Notes: generated from the sequence alone by a model not told the origin. A stretch of 64,000 nt of DNA from an uncultured Acidobacteriota bacterium (GCA_963732935.1 CAVTBK010000005.1:528736-592735); one strand, 5' to 3'; numbered from the stretch's first letter, positions 17,574 to 28,310 are shown. Numbers and translations are program-made.

Positions 17574-19232
17574 GAGTGTGAAGGTGAGCGGTTGCGAGCC
17601 GTGCGAGACGAACCAGCAGATCTGCTCCGCGACCAGATCGACGGCGAAGCGCGCGGCACCTCGGCCGGCCGGGGCACTACGGACGTCGGTCTCCACCGAG
17701 GCGCCCGGAGCGACATCGGACGGCAGCGGGATCCGCAGGTAATCGCGGTCGCGCACGCCGCCCTCGGCGTCCAGCAGTTGCACGCCGAGGCTCACGGTCC
17801 CCCGCGCCTTCTCCGGCTCCGCGAGCCAGATCGTGTCACCCGTGTTGGTGAGCCGCAGCCGCAGCCGGAACCGCCCTGCGTCCGGGGTCGGGGGAAAGTC
17901 GCCCAGAGGCTCGATCCGCGCCTCGAAGCGGTGGGGGTCGCGGCTGTCGGACCAGCCGATCTCCATCTCGACGTCCTGCGTCGGCGAGCCCCGCTGCGAG
18001 AACCAGGCGATCCCGTCGGCCACCAGGTCCAGCCGGAGCCGGAAGCGTCCCTCCCGAGCCGGGAGGCCGAAGGAGCTCGACACCGAGACACGCTCGCCCG
18101 GGGCCACGTCGCGCGGCAGACGCTCGGTCAGGCAGCCGATCCGGATCGTGTTGCCCGCGGCGTCGAGCAGGTGCCCTCCCACGCCCACGTAGCCGCCGGT
18201 CACCCGGTTCTCGGCTGCCAGCCAGGTCGTGTCGCCGGTGTTCTCGACCTGCATGGTGAAGCCCACCAGCGTCCCGGCGCGCCCGCTGAGCCGCGTGCCC
18301 TCCGGCACCGTGATCCGCGCGCGCAGCACCCCCGGGTTGCGGCTGTCCCGCGTCGGCTGTCCCTTCAAGAGGATGAGCAGGTGGAACTGCTTCAGGCTGT
18401 CGATCATGTGGTTCATCGGGAAGAGGCTGTGATCGCCCTCCAGCAGCCGCAGGTGGGCCGCCCCGCTCAGCAGCAGGATCGGGACGTCCGGGTAGGGCTT
18501 GACCTGCACCCGATCGAAGCCCGCGCGCCGCACGCGATCCATCAGCTCCTCGAGCACGATGTCGTTCTCGAGCACGCCGAAGTTCGCCGAGTCGAACTCC
18601 GACGCGTCCGCGTGCGCGTGGCCCTCGCCCGGCTCCGCCATCACCAGCCTGCCTCCGGGCCGGAGTACCCGGAAGAGCTCGGCCAGGATCTCGTCCTGAT
18701 TGGGCACGTGGTGGAACGAGTCGAAGCACAGCGCGCGGTCGACCGAGGCGTCGACGAGCGGGATCCGGTGTCCGTCGTACGGAAGGAACTGCGGGTCCAG
18801 CTCCGGGTGGGAGTGCGGCTCCAGGGCCAGCGCCTCGCGGCCGATCGCCAGCGCGGTCGGACTCACGTCGACCGAGATCGTGCGGCAGCGCAGGCGGTTC
18901 AGGATGACCGACAGCCAGCAGCTCCCGGCGCCGAAGTCGAGCACCGTGTGACCGAGCCCGAGGTCGAGCGCCTCGAGCGCCAGGCCCAGCCGGTAGATCA
19001 TGGCCGGAGTCTCGCGCGGGCTCGCGAAGGGCTTGGCGAGCAGGTACCCGCGGCGCTCCGGGTCGGCGTTCATGGTCTGCCACTGGCGCTCCGCAGCCGC
19101 GTTGAGCTCCTCGACCCGGCCGAGCAGCTCCGCTTCCGAGTGGCGGTGGGAGTGGGTCGGAGTCCTGCGCCAGAGCGAGGCGCCCGCGAGCTTGAGGTAG
19201 CGACGGGCCTGTCCGAGCCGTGTCCTGAGCAT
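17568..19232 (-). CDS. Class I SAM-dependent methyltransferase with two C-terminal repeated beta-sandwich (CARDB/NBR1-like) modules
   Basis: VLDFGAGSCWLSV (SAM-binding motif I), LRPGGRLVMAEP. The C-terminal duplicated modules each carry (V/L)xNTGDTxWL...G.V.LGxxLLDAxG...R..L....APGxxV (aa about 330-440 and 440-554). ATG at 19230-19232, with CATAAT on the minus strand about 10 nt upstream. Confidence 0.8.
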   Translation of the reverse strand: MLRTRLGQARRYLKLAGASLWRRTPTHSHRHSEAELLGRVEELNAAAERQWQTMNADPERRGYLLAKPFASPRETPAMIYRLGLALEALDLGLGHTVLDFGAGSCWLSVILNRLRCRTISVDVSPTALAIGREALALEPHSHPELDPQFLPYDGHRIPLVDASVDRALCFDSFHHVPNQDEILAELFRVLRPGGRLVMAEPGEGHAHADASEFDSANFGVLENDIVLEELMDRVRRAGFDRVQVKPYPDVPILLLSGAAHLRLLEGDHSLFPMNHMIDSLKQFHLLILLKGQPTRDSRNPGVLRARITVPEGTRLSGRAGTLVGFTMQVENTGDTTWLAAENRVTGGYVGVGGHLLDAAGNTIRIGCLTERLPRDVAPGERVSVSSSFGLPAREGRFRLRLDLVADGIAWFSQRGSPTQDVEMEIGWSDSRDPHRFEARIEPLGDFPPTPDAGRFRLRLRLTNTGDTIWLAEPEKARGTVSLGVQLLDAEGGVRDRDYLRIPLPSDVAPGASVETDVRSAPAGRGAARFAVDLVAEQICWFVSHGSQPLTFTLV

Positions 19233-19388
19233 GGGAGCCTTCGATTATGCCTCAGACGGCTCGTCTTTCCGGGGACCCAGCCGCTCCCGCCCGCACGCGA
19301 CGCCGATCGGAGGGAGTACACGGGCGACTGCCGGACCGCCCCCCCTTGCCGGGCGGGGTATGCTGCACGACCGAAAGGACGGTGCCGC

Positions 19389-20282
19389 GTGACCGCGCTC
19401 TATCGCCACACCCAGATCGGCTGGGTGGTCCTCGTCACCCTGGCCGCCACGACGGCAATTGCGGTTCCGCTGGCCCGGGTCGAAGGCGCCCCCGAGGGTG
19501 GCTTCTTGATCGCGGGCCTGCTGCTGCTGGCGGGCCTCGTCTTCTCGACGCTCACGGTCGAGGTCGACGGCCAGGCGGTCCGGATCCACTTCACCGGCGG
19601 CCTGCCACGCCGACGCGTCCTGCTCAGCGATCTGCGCGCCTGTCGCGCGGTGCGCAACCCCTGGCGCTACGGCTGGGGCATCCACATGATCCCGGGCGGC
19701 TGGATCTGGAACGTCTCCGGGTTCGACGCGGTGGAGCTCGCGCTCGCGGACGGAAGCCTCCTGCGAGTCGGAACGGACGAGCCCGAGGCGCTGGCGCGCG
19801 CGATCAACGCGGTCGTACCGGCCTCCACGCGGGACGCCGGTCCGCTGCCGATGCCGGTGGTCCGCCGGCGGGGGGCCGGCTTCTGGATCACCGTGGCGGC
19901 GGTCGTCGCGGCGGGCGTCGGTGCTCTCGTCGTCCTCTTCACTCTGCAGGCGCGCCCGCCCGAGATCTCGATCACCCGGACGACCCTGTCCGTCCGCAGC
20001 CTCTTCTATGGTGAGGACTATCCGATCGCCGAGATCACGGCGGTGTCGCTCGAGCCCCGTCTGCCCCGCATCCTCGCGCGCACGAACGGTTTCTCGGCCG
20101 AGGGGTTGCTGCGGGGATGGTTCCGGGTATCCGGGCTCGGGGAGGGGAAGCTCTTCGTGGACGTGAGCGCCCCACCTTTCGTCCTCGTGCGTCTGCGCCG
20201 CGGTTTCGTGATCCTCAACTTCAGCCAGCCCTACCAGACACGAGCGCTCTACGCGGCGATCGAGCAGTCCCGCCGCCCCTGA
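19389..20282 (+). CDS. Membrane protein with bPH/YdbS-like (DUF304-type) PH domains
   Basis: VTALYRHTQIGWVVLVTLAATTAIAVPL (a TM segment), ...GWGIHMIPGGWIWNVSG..., a second TM at WITVAAVVAAGVGALVVLF, then a second PH-like half. The start is a GTG (assumed). Confidence 0.5.
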   Translation: MTALYRHTQIGWVVLVTLAATTAIAVPLARVEGAPEGGFLIAGLLLLAGLVFSTLTVEVDGQAVRIHFTGGLPRRRVLLSDLRACRAVRNPWRYGWGIHMIPGGWIWNVSGFDAVELALADGSLLRVGTDEPEALARAINAVVPASTRDAGPLPMPVVRRRGAGFWITVAAVVAAGVGALVVLFTLQARPPEISITRTTLSVRSLFYGEDYPIAEITAVSLEPRLPRILARTNGFSAEGLLRGWFRVSGLGEGKLFVDVSAPPFVLVRLRRGFVILNFSQPYQTRALYAAIEQSRRP

Positions 20283-20423
20283 CCCTCGGCGCTCCGAAAC
20301 CGTTATCGCGCCAGCACCCGGCGGGGCTCGGGTCGATTTGACAACCGCCGCAAGCCCGCTAAGCTCGTGCGTCCGTTTGCGTCATCCGGACTCCAGGACA
20401 AAAGCGCCCCCGGAGGGCTCTTC

Positions 20424-22271
20424 ATGAACCAGCAGATCGCCGGTATCTGGCACCCGCTCGACATCGCCGTCCTCATCGTCTACTTCATCGCGATGATCGG
20501 GATCGGCGTCGCCGTGATGCGGCGCGCCTCGCGCGGCCTCGACAGCTATTTCCTCGCGGGCAACGAGCTCCCCTGGTACGTGCTGGGGGTCTCCAACGCC
20601 TCGGCCATGTTCGACATCACCGGGACGATGTGGCTCGTCTACAACATCTTCGTCTACGGGATGAAGGGGATCTGGCTGCCCTGGCTGTGGCCCACCTTCA
20701 ACCAGGTGTTCCTCGCCGTCTACCTCGCCCGCTGGATCCGCCGCGCCAACGTGCTGACCGGCGGCGAGTGGATCACCACCCGCTTCGGCGAGGGACGCGG
20801 GGCCGAGCTCGCCCGTGCCATCGTCGTCATCTTCGCGCTGGTGAGCGTGGTCGGCTTCATCGCCTACGACTTCCAGGGCATGGGCAAGTTCACCGCCTCG
20901 TTCCTGCCCTGGGACCTCTCGGCGAACAGCTACGGCGTCATCATCATGGGGATCACGGCCATCTACGTGCTGATGGGCGGGATGATCAGCGTGGTGCTCA
21001 CCGACGTGGCGCAGTTCGTGATCATGGCGATCTGCTCCCTGGCGATCGCCGCCATCGCGATCTACAAGGTCGCCCCCGAGCAGATCGCGGCGGTCGTCCC
21101 GGCGGGCTGGACCAACCCCTTCTTCGGCTGGAGGCTGGCCCTCGACTGGCAGCCTCCGCTCGAGGTGCTGAAGACGAACGTGACGGCCGACGGCTACTCG
21201 ATCTTCGGCCTGTTCTTCATCGCCATGCTCTTCAAGGGGATCCTGGTCTCGATCGCCGGACCGGCCCCGAACTACGACATGCAGCGCGTCCTGGCGGCCA
21301 AGACCCCGCGCGAGGCCTCGCTCATGAGCGCGGTCGTCTCGGCAGCGCTCCTCCCGCGCTGGTGGATGATCGGCGGGATCACGGTGCTCGCCCTCCACTA
21401 TCGCGACAAGGTCTTCCCCGGCCTCGGCCAGCCCGGCTTCAAGCCCGATTTCGAGATGATCCTGCCCTGGGTCATCCGCGACCAGATCCCGGTGGGTCTG
21501 CTGGGCGTGCTGCTCGCGGGTCTTCTGGCCGCGTTCATGTCGACCTTCAGCGCCACCGTGAACGCCGGCGGCGCCTATCTGGTGAACGACCTCTACAAGC
21601 GCTACCTCAAGAAGGACGGCACGCAGCGGCACTACGTGCGGGTCAGCTGGACCGCCCAGATCGTGATCCTGGCCGTCGGGATCTTCTTCGGCTACCAGGC
21701 CGCCTCCATCAACCAGGTCACGCAGTGGATCGTCAATGGCCTCTGGGGCGGCTACACGGCCCCCAACATCCTCAAGTGGCACTGGCATCGCTTCAACGGT
21801 TACGGCTATTTCTGGGGCATGCTCTCCGGGATCGCCGCGGCCCTTGCCCTGCCGGCGCTCTTCCCGGGGCTCCATCCCCTCTGGGGCTTCATCCCGATCT
21901 TCACGATCTCGCTCGCCGCCAGCATCCTGGGCAGCCTGTGGAGCGAGCCGGAGCCCGACGAGGTCCTGCTCCAGTTCTACCGGCAGATCCGGCCCTGGGG
22001 CTTCTGGGGTCCCGTGCTCCGCAAGCTGCAGGCCACGGATCCCTCCTTCCAGCCGAACCGTGACGCCGTGCGCGACGGCTTCAACGTGGCGCTCGGCATC
22101 ATCGCGCAGATGACCCTCGTGACGCTCCCGCTCTACATGGTGCTGCGGGATTGGCGGGGCTTCTGGATCTCGCTGATCGTCCTGGCGGCGACCAGCCTCG
22201 TGCTCAAGAAGACCTGGTTCGATCGGCTCGAGCCCCACGGAGCCGCCGCCACCTCGGCGCGTGGCGCCTAG
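20424..22271 (+). CDS. Sodium:solute symporter family (SSF) transporter
   Basis: MNQQIAGIWHPLDIAVLIVYFIAMIGIGV..., multi-TM SSF topology. SD GGAGGG at 20413-20418. Confidence 0.85.
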   Translation: MNQQIAGIWHPLDIAVLIVYFIAMIGIGVAVMRRASRGLDSYFLAGNELPWYVLGVSNASAMFDITGTMWLVYNIFVYGMKGIWLPWLWPTFNQVFLAVYLARWIRRANVLTGGEWITTRFGEGRGAELARAIVVIFALVSVVGFIAYDFQGMGKFTASFLPWDLSANSYGVIIMGITAIYVLMGGMISVVLTDVAQFVIMAICSLAIAAIAIYKVAPEQIAAVVPAGWTNPFFGWRLALDWQPPLEVLKTNVTADGYSIFGLFFIAMLFKGILVSIAGPAPNYDMQRVLAAKTPREASLMSAVVSAALLPRWWMIGGITVLALHYRDKVFPGLGQPGFKPDFEMILPWVIRDQIPVGLLGVLLAGLLAAFMSTFSATVNAGGAYLVNDLYKRYLKKDGTQRHYVRVSWTAQIVILAVGIFFGYQAASINQVTQWIVNGLWGGYTAPNILKWHWHRFNGYGYFWGMLSGIAAALALPALFPGLHPLWGFIPIFTISLAASILGSLWSEPEPDEVLLQFYRQIRPWGFWGPVLRKLQATDPSFQPNRDAVRDGFNVALGIIAQMTLVTLPLYMVLRDWRGFWISLIVLAATSLVLKKTWFDRLEPHGAAATSARGA

Positions 22272-22357
22272 CCTCCTTCATTCGGCGGCGGGCCGCCTTT
22301 GCTAGACTGCGGGCGGGGCTCTCGTGCCCCGCCCGCAAGCACCCGAAGGAGCCCACC

Positions 22358-23296
22358 ATGACACGGCTGGCACGTTTCGCCTGGCTCGTCCTCGGCTGGA
22401 ACCTGGCCGTGATCCTCTGGGGGGCGTTCGTGCGCGCCACCGGCTCGGGCGCCGGCTGCGGCGCCCACTGGCCTCTCTGCAACGGTGAGGTCGTGCCCCG
22501 ATCGCCGACGCTCGAGACGATGATCGAGTTCCTGCACCGCGCGACCAGCGGCCTGGCGCTCCTGCTGGTGGCGGCCCTCGTGCTCTGGGTCTTCCGCGCG
22601 CTCCCGGCACGCCGTCCTGCCCGCCGTACGGCCGCCGCCGCGCTCGTCTTCATCCTCCTGGAGGCGGCACTCGGCGCGGGCCTCGTGCTCTTCCGCCTGG
22701 TCGACCGGGACGAGTCGGTCGCGCGCGCCCTGTTCATGGCCCTGCACCTCGTGAACACGCTCCTCCTGCTCGCGGCTCTCTCCCTCACGGCGCACTTCTG
22801 CGGCCGGCGGGACGCGCGCCTCACTAGACCCTCCCGGCGCGACGCGTGGGCGTTCGGCCTCGCGCTCGCCGCTCTCCTCCTGGCCGCCACCAGCGGCGCC
22901 ATCGCCGCCCTCGGGGACACGCTCTACCCCGCGCGGTCCCTGCTGGGCGGGCTCGCCCAGGACCTCTCGCCCGCCGGCAGCCTGCTCGTGCGCCTGCGTC
23001 TGGCCCACCCCATCCTGGCGCTCGGGGCCTCGCTCCTCGCGGCCCTCGCCGCCGCCCGCGTCCTGCAGACGAGAGAGGAGCCCGCGACCCGCCGCGCCGC
23101 CTGGGCCGTGCCGATCGTCGCGCTCGCGCAGGTCGCCGCGGGGCTCGTGAACCTGGCGCTGTTGGCACCCGTCTGGATGCAGCTCGTGCACCTGTTGCTC
23201 GCGGATCTGGTCTGGATCGCCTGCGTGCTCCTGGCGGCGCGCGCCCTGGCCGAAGGACCAGCCGCAGCCGCTCGGGTGGACCCGCTCGCCGCCTGA
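22358..23296 (+). CDS. ctaA: Heme A synthase (COX15/CtaA family)
   Basis: RATGSGAGCGAHWPLCNG..., EFLHRATSG, and a multi-TM fold with His motifs. Confidence 0.75.
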   Translation: MTRLARFAWLVLGWNLAVILWGAFVRATGSGAGCGAHWPLCNGEVVPRSPTLETMIEFLHRATSGLALLLVAALVLWVFRALPARRPARRTAAAALVFILLEAALGAGLVLFRLVDRDESVARALFMALHLVNTLLLLAALSLTAHFCGRRDARLTRPSRRDAWAFGLALAALLLAATSGAIAALGDTLYPARSLLGGLAQDLSPAGSLLVRLRLAHPILALGASLLAALAAARVLQTREEPATRRAAWAVPIVALAQVAAGLVNLALLAPVWMQLVHLLLADLVWIACVLLAARALAEGPAAAARVDPLAA

Positions 23297-23349
23297 CCCC
23301 CCCGGGTCGCGCTCTCGCGTCAGGCCCCGCCGGCCACCCCGCCTCGAAC

Positions 23350-24309
<960 letters not shown>

Positions 24310-24438
24310 TTAGCAGCCGCGGCGGGGCCCCGTCCGCCGCGCTTGCATCTCGTGCACGGCCGGCGAAGAATCTCGCGCGCGTCCGGAGGAAGATGGGACG
24401 CTCGAATCAGCGCGGCCGAAACCGCGCAGGAGGAGTCG

Positions 24439-24657
24439 ATGCTGCGCATCGTCGGCTTGCTGCTGCTCGTCCTGGGACTCGCCGGTCTCGCCGCCGGGGC
24501 CTTCCACTACACGCGCCACAAGACGGTCCTCGACGTGGGACCGCTCCAGCTCCACGCCAACACCCGGCAGACCGTGACCATCCCGCCGCTCCTCGCGGGC
24601 GGCGTCGCCGTGGTGGGCGCCGCGCTCACGGTGGCAGGCCTGCGTCGTCGGCGATAG
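24439..24657 (+). CDS. Small two-TM membrane protein (DUF3185-like)
   Basis: MLRIVGLLLLVLGLAGLAAGAFHYTRHKTVLDVGPL...IPPLLAGGVAVVGAALTVAGLRRRR. Confidence 0.45.
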   Translation: MLRIVGLLLLVLGLAGLAAGAFHYTRHKTVLDVGPLQLHANTRQTVTIPPLLAGGVAVVGAALTVAGLRRRR

Positions 24658-24776
24658 ACTCGCGGGCCTCGGAGCTCAGCCTCATCCCCGCCGACGGGAA
24701 CGTCCTCCTGCCTCCGGAGTCCCATCCGTCGCTCGACGCGCTGCGGGCCCGATCCGTCGCGAAGGCTTGAGCCCGG

Positions 24777-25652
24777 CTAGGAGCGGATGAGCGGCTCCTG
24801 GGGATAGGAGTGCGGCTCGATCAGGACGTCGCGCGGCGGCACGGTGCCCGTCCGGAGCCATTCCTCCACGCGCTCCAGTGCCGGTCCCGTGGTCGTGGGC
24901 GACACGATCGTCGCGGCGAGCGTTCCCGCGTCGACCAGCCGGCGCCCGCCCTGGGGCAGGCCGTCGCAGCCGGTGAAGCGCACGCCCGCCGCGCCGGTCC
25001 GTGCCAGAAACGCTCGCCGCGCACCGACGGCCATGGAGTCGTTCTGCGCCCCGACGAGATCGACCGCGGCACCGCGCGAGGCTTCGATCCATGCCAGGAC
25101 GGCCTGCTCGCCGCTCGCCTCGGTCCAGTCGCCGTTCGCGACCGTGATCTCTATCCGGGAGCCCCGGAGCCCCTCCCGCGCGCCCGCCAGCCGGTCCCGG
25201 GCCGCGGAAGTGTCCGGCGGACCCTGGACGTAGAGGATGGAGCCGCCCAGCGGCAGCAACGCCCTGAACTGACGGGCCTGGATCCGTCCAATCTCGACCT
25301 GATCGGTGCTCACCATGAAGACGGCCAGCTCTGGGCGCCTCCGCCGGAGCGAGTCGACGTAGGCGACCGTTCGGTTCACGAGCACCCAGGCGATCCCGGC
25401 GTCGACGGCCGCGCTCGCCACCTGGGCGATCCCCTCTCCCGCCACCGTCTCGGTCACGATCGCGACGGGCCGTTCCGACGCGCCGAGCGCGCGCGACAGC
25501 TGCTCGCGCTGCACCCGCGGGTCGTTGTCTGCGAACAGGACCTCGGCCTCCAGCCCGAGCCGCGCCGCCGTCTGCGTCGCGTCCTGCGCCTGCAGCACCT
25601 GGAACTCCTGGTCCCCGGTGATCAGCGAGACGACGACCCGGCGGCGCGAAGC
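24777..25652 (-). CDS. Periplasmic-binding-protein type I fold (RbsB/LacI-ligand-domain-like) protein with no signal peptide
   Basis: VVVSLITGDQEFQVLQ...VLVNRTV...QGPPDTSAARDRLAGAREGL...GCDGLP. It is a paralog of the next gene, and the start is uncertain (GTG). Confidence 0.55.
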   Translation of the reverse strand, partial: ASRRRVVVSLITGDQEFQVLQAQDATQTAARLGLEAEVLFADNDPRVQREQLSRALGASERPVAIVTETVAGEGIAQVASAAVDAGIAWVLVNRTVAYVDSLRRRRPELAVFMVSTDQVEIGRIQARQFRALLPLGGSILYVQGPPDTSAARDRLAGAREGLRGSRIEITVANGDWTEASGEQAVLAWIEASRGAAVDLVGAQNDSMAVGARRAFLARTGAAGVRFTGCDGLPQGGRRLVDAGTLAATIVSPTTTGPALERVEEWLRTGTVPPRDVLIEPHSYPQEPLIRS

Positions 25653-25675
25653 GGACCCAGCCTCGCCCGCCGAGC

Positions 25676-26578
25676 TCACCGAGCGGAGCGCCCTCGCGCG
25701 GCCAGCTCGGCCGCGCTCGGATGCGATCGGGGGGCGAGTTTCAGGTCCGCCGCCCGCTGCCCCGCGAGCGCGCGGGCCACGAGCTCCACCGCCGCCCCCG
25801 CCGGCGGCGGGGTCACGATCGTGGCCGTGAGCTCGCCCGTCCCGACCAGGCGCTGCCCGCCCTCGGGCAGCCCGTCGCAGCCCAGGAAGAAGAGCCCCCT
25901 CCACTCCGGCCGGTGCTCGGCGAGCGCGCGACGGGCGCCCACCGCGAGCGCATCGTTCTGCCCGCAGACGGCGACGGGCTGGAATCCTTCGGAGGTCTTG
26001 AGGCGCAGCCAGGTGGCGACCGCCTTCTCGCCGCTCGCCTCGGTCCAGTCGTCGTTGCTCAGCACCTTCAGCTCGACGCTGGTGCCCGCGAGAATCCGCT
26101 GCGCCCCGGACAGCCGCTCCTGGGCGGTCGAGGTGTCCTGCGGGCCCTCCAGGTACAGGACCCGTCCTCCCTCCGGAAGCAGGGCGCGCAGCTGGCGACC
26201 CTCGATCGCCCCCACCTCGTCGTTGTCGACCGAGACGCTCGCGATCGGCAGGTCGCCGCGCTCCTTCCGCAGGCTTTCCAGGTACCCGCCCGACCGGTTG
26301 AGGAGAACCCAGCCGATGCCGGCCTTGACGGCATTTCGGGCCACCCGTTCCAGTCCCTCACCGGTGACCGTCTCCACCACGATCCCCGCCGGCCGCTCAC
26401 CCTCCGGTGCGTGGATGTGCTTGAAGAGCTGATGGATCTGCAGCACCGCGTTGTTCTCGGCGAACACCAGATCGAGCGTGAGGCCGGCCTCCGCCGCCGA
26501 GCGGCGTGCCGCCGCCGCCTGGAACAACTGGAACTCCTGGTGCTCGCTCAGCAGCGCCAACACGACCTTCGCAGCCAT
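25676..26578 (-). CDS. Periplasmic-binding-protein type I fold protein with no signal peptide (paralog of the previous gene)
   Basis: MAAKVVLALLSEHQEFQLFQ...VLLNRSG...EGPQDTSTAQERLSGAQ...GCDGLPEGG. Confidence 0.6.
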   Translation of the reverse strand: MAAKVVLALLSEHQEFQLFQAAAARRSAAEAGLTLDLVFAENNAVLQIHQLFKHIHAPEGERPAGIVVETVTGEGLERVARNAVKAGIGWVLLNRSGGYLESLRKERGDLPIASVSVDNDEVGAIEGRQLRALLPEGGRVLYLEGPQDTSTAQERLSGAQRILAGTSVELKVLSNDDWTEASGEKAVATWLRLKTSEGFQPVAVCGQNDALAVGARRALAEHRPEWRGLFFLGCDGLPEGGQRLVGTGELTATIVTPPPAGAAVELVARALAGQRAADLKLAPRSHPSAAELAARGRSAR

Positions 26579-26755
26579 CACTGCCTCCGTTTCGGGCCCC
26601 CGCAGCCGCTGCTGGCGCGGGGACGATCGGCCGGCCCCGCTCTCGATATCGAGGGCAGGAGTGTACCGCCAATGTGCTTTCTCGGGGCATACCCTTGCCG
26701 TGCACACGCGACCCGAGGCACGGGCACGGGGTCCTCAGTGGCGACACGCCCCGCC

Positions 26756-28261
26756 TCACCCGTATCGCGCTTCGATCTCGCGGTAGCGCTCGGCCACGCT
26801 CTCCCAGCCGTGGCGCCGGCGCGGCTCGTAGCGCCGAGGTCGAACCACGCGCGCGACGAGCTCGCGGCCTCGGGCGAGCGACTCGATGTGCGACGAGGCC
26901 ACCGCCTGCACGAGCAGGCTGCCGCTTGCCGCCGCCTCGACCGGCCCGGCCAGCACGGGGCGGCCGAAGGCGTCCGCGGTCGCCTGGTTCAGGTACTGGT
27001 TCCGGCAACCGCCACCGACGATGTGGACCCCGGAGATCGGCTCGCCCGTGAGGGCCTCGATCGTAGACAAGAGCGAGGCATAGCGCAGGGCGAGCGAGTC
27101 GAGCACGACACGCGTCAGGCGCGCGGGGTCGTCGGGCACCTTCTGGCCGGTCTCGGCGAGAGCGGCCTGGACCTCGGCGGTCATGTTCCGGGGGTGAAAG
27201 AAGCGCGGATGGTCCGGATACACGAGCCCCGGCTGGACCTCGATCGCCGCCGCCGCCGCCAGCAGGTCGTCGAGCTCCACCGCGAGGCCCCGCTCCACCC
27301 ATTCCTGCCGGCAGGAGTCGAGGATCCAGAGTCCCATCACGTTCTTCAGGAAGCGCACGGTCCCGCCGACACCGCCCTCGTTCGTGAAGTTGGCGCCCGC
27401 CACCGCATCGCTCACGAGAGGCCCCTCGCGCTCGACCCCGACCAGCGACCAAGTGCCCGACGAGACGAAGGCCCAGCCCGGCTGGAGCGGCGTCCCGGCG
27501 ACGGCGCTCGCGGTGTCGTGCGTCGCCGGAGCCACCACCCGCAGCGAGCCGAGGCCGAGGTCCTTCTGAAGAGCCGGACGCAGCCCGCCGAGCTCCGCCC
27601 CCGGCGTCGCGAGCTCCGGCATCAGCTCCCGCGGCAGGGATAGGCGCGAGAAGAGGTCGTCCGCCCAGCGACGCGTCCTGACGTCGAGTAGCTGCGTGGT
27701 CGTCGCGTTCGTGTATTCGCCCGTGGTCGAGCCGCAGAGGGAATGATGGACGAGGTCGGCGATCATCAGCAGGCGCCGTGCGCCGGGCGGAAGCCCGCCG
27801 CGGAGCTGCTCGTGGAGCTGGAAGAGGGTGTTGTACTGCACGATCTGGACGCCCGTGCGCTGGAAGATTTCCGCGCGCGGGACCTCGCGCAGCACCCGCT
27901 CTATGGAGCCGTCGAGGGCGGGGTCGCGGTAGCAGACGGGATCCTCGACCAGCCGCCCCCCCGCGTCGAGGAGCCCGTAGTCGACGCCCCACGAGTCGAC
28001 GCCCACCGTCTCGATCCGGCCGCCCTGCCGCTCCGCCGCTCGGCCGGCGGCCCCGAGCGCCTCTTTGACACCCGCGAGCGCGGCCTCGAAGGGCCAGCGC
28101 AGGCGCCCCGCCGCGAACGCGGGCGGGTAGTGGAAGCGGTGCACCTCCTCGACCTCGAGACCGGCGGCGGAGACGGACCCGAGCATGCCCCGGCCGCTGC
28201 CTGCTCCCAGGTCGATCGCCAGGTGGAAGGCCGTCTCGGCGCGCTCACGCGTCGCTGCCAT
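26756..28261 (-). CDS. rhaB: Rhamnulokinase (FGGY carbohydrate kinase family)
   Basis: AIDLGAGSGRGMLGSV...VHRFHYPP...SWGVDYGLLD...HIVGGGCRNQYLNQ. Confidence 0.75.
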   Translation of the reverse strand: MAATRERAETAFHLAIDLGAGSGRGMLGSVSAAGLEVEEVHRFHYPPAFAAGRLRWPFEAALAGVKEALGAAGRAAERQGGRIETVGVDSWGVDYGLLDAGGRLVEDPVCYRDPALDGSIERVLREVPRAEIFQRTGVQIVQYNTLFQLHEQLRGGLPPGARRLLMIADLVHHSLCGSTTGEYTNATTTQLLDVRTRRWADDLFSRLSLPRELMPELATPGAELGGLRPALQKDLGLGSLRVVAPATHDTASAVAGTPLQPGWAFVSSGTWSLVGVEREGPLVSDAVAGANFTNEGGVGGTVRFLKNVMGLWILDSCRQEWVERGLAVELDDLLAAAAAIEVQPGLVYPDHPRFFHPRNMTAEVQAALAETGQKVPDDPARLTRVVLDSLALRYASLLSTIEALTGEPISGVHIVGGGCRNQYLNQATADAFGRPVLAGPVEAAASGSLLVQAVASSHIESLARGRELVARVVRPRRYEPRRRHGWESVAERYREIEARYG

Positions 28262-28310
28262 CGTCCCTCTTCCCGTCCCCGCGAGGGGCGGGTGGTGATG
28301 ATACTCGCGC

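Noticed and set aside
17388-19388. 5' two-thirds of the 964-aa plus-strand ORF (17388-20282)
   Set aside because: It is antisense to the methyltransferase gene and IS end and has shadow-ORF composition. Only the PH-domain membrane protein part (about 19389-20282) is credible.
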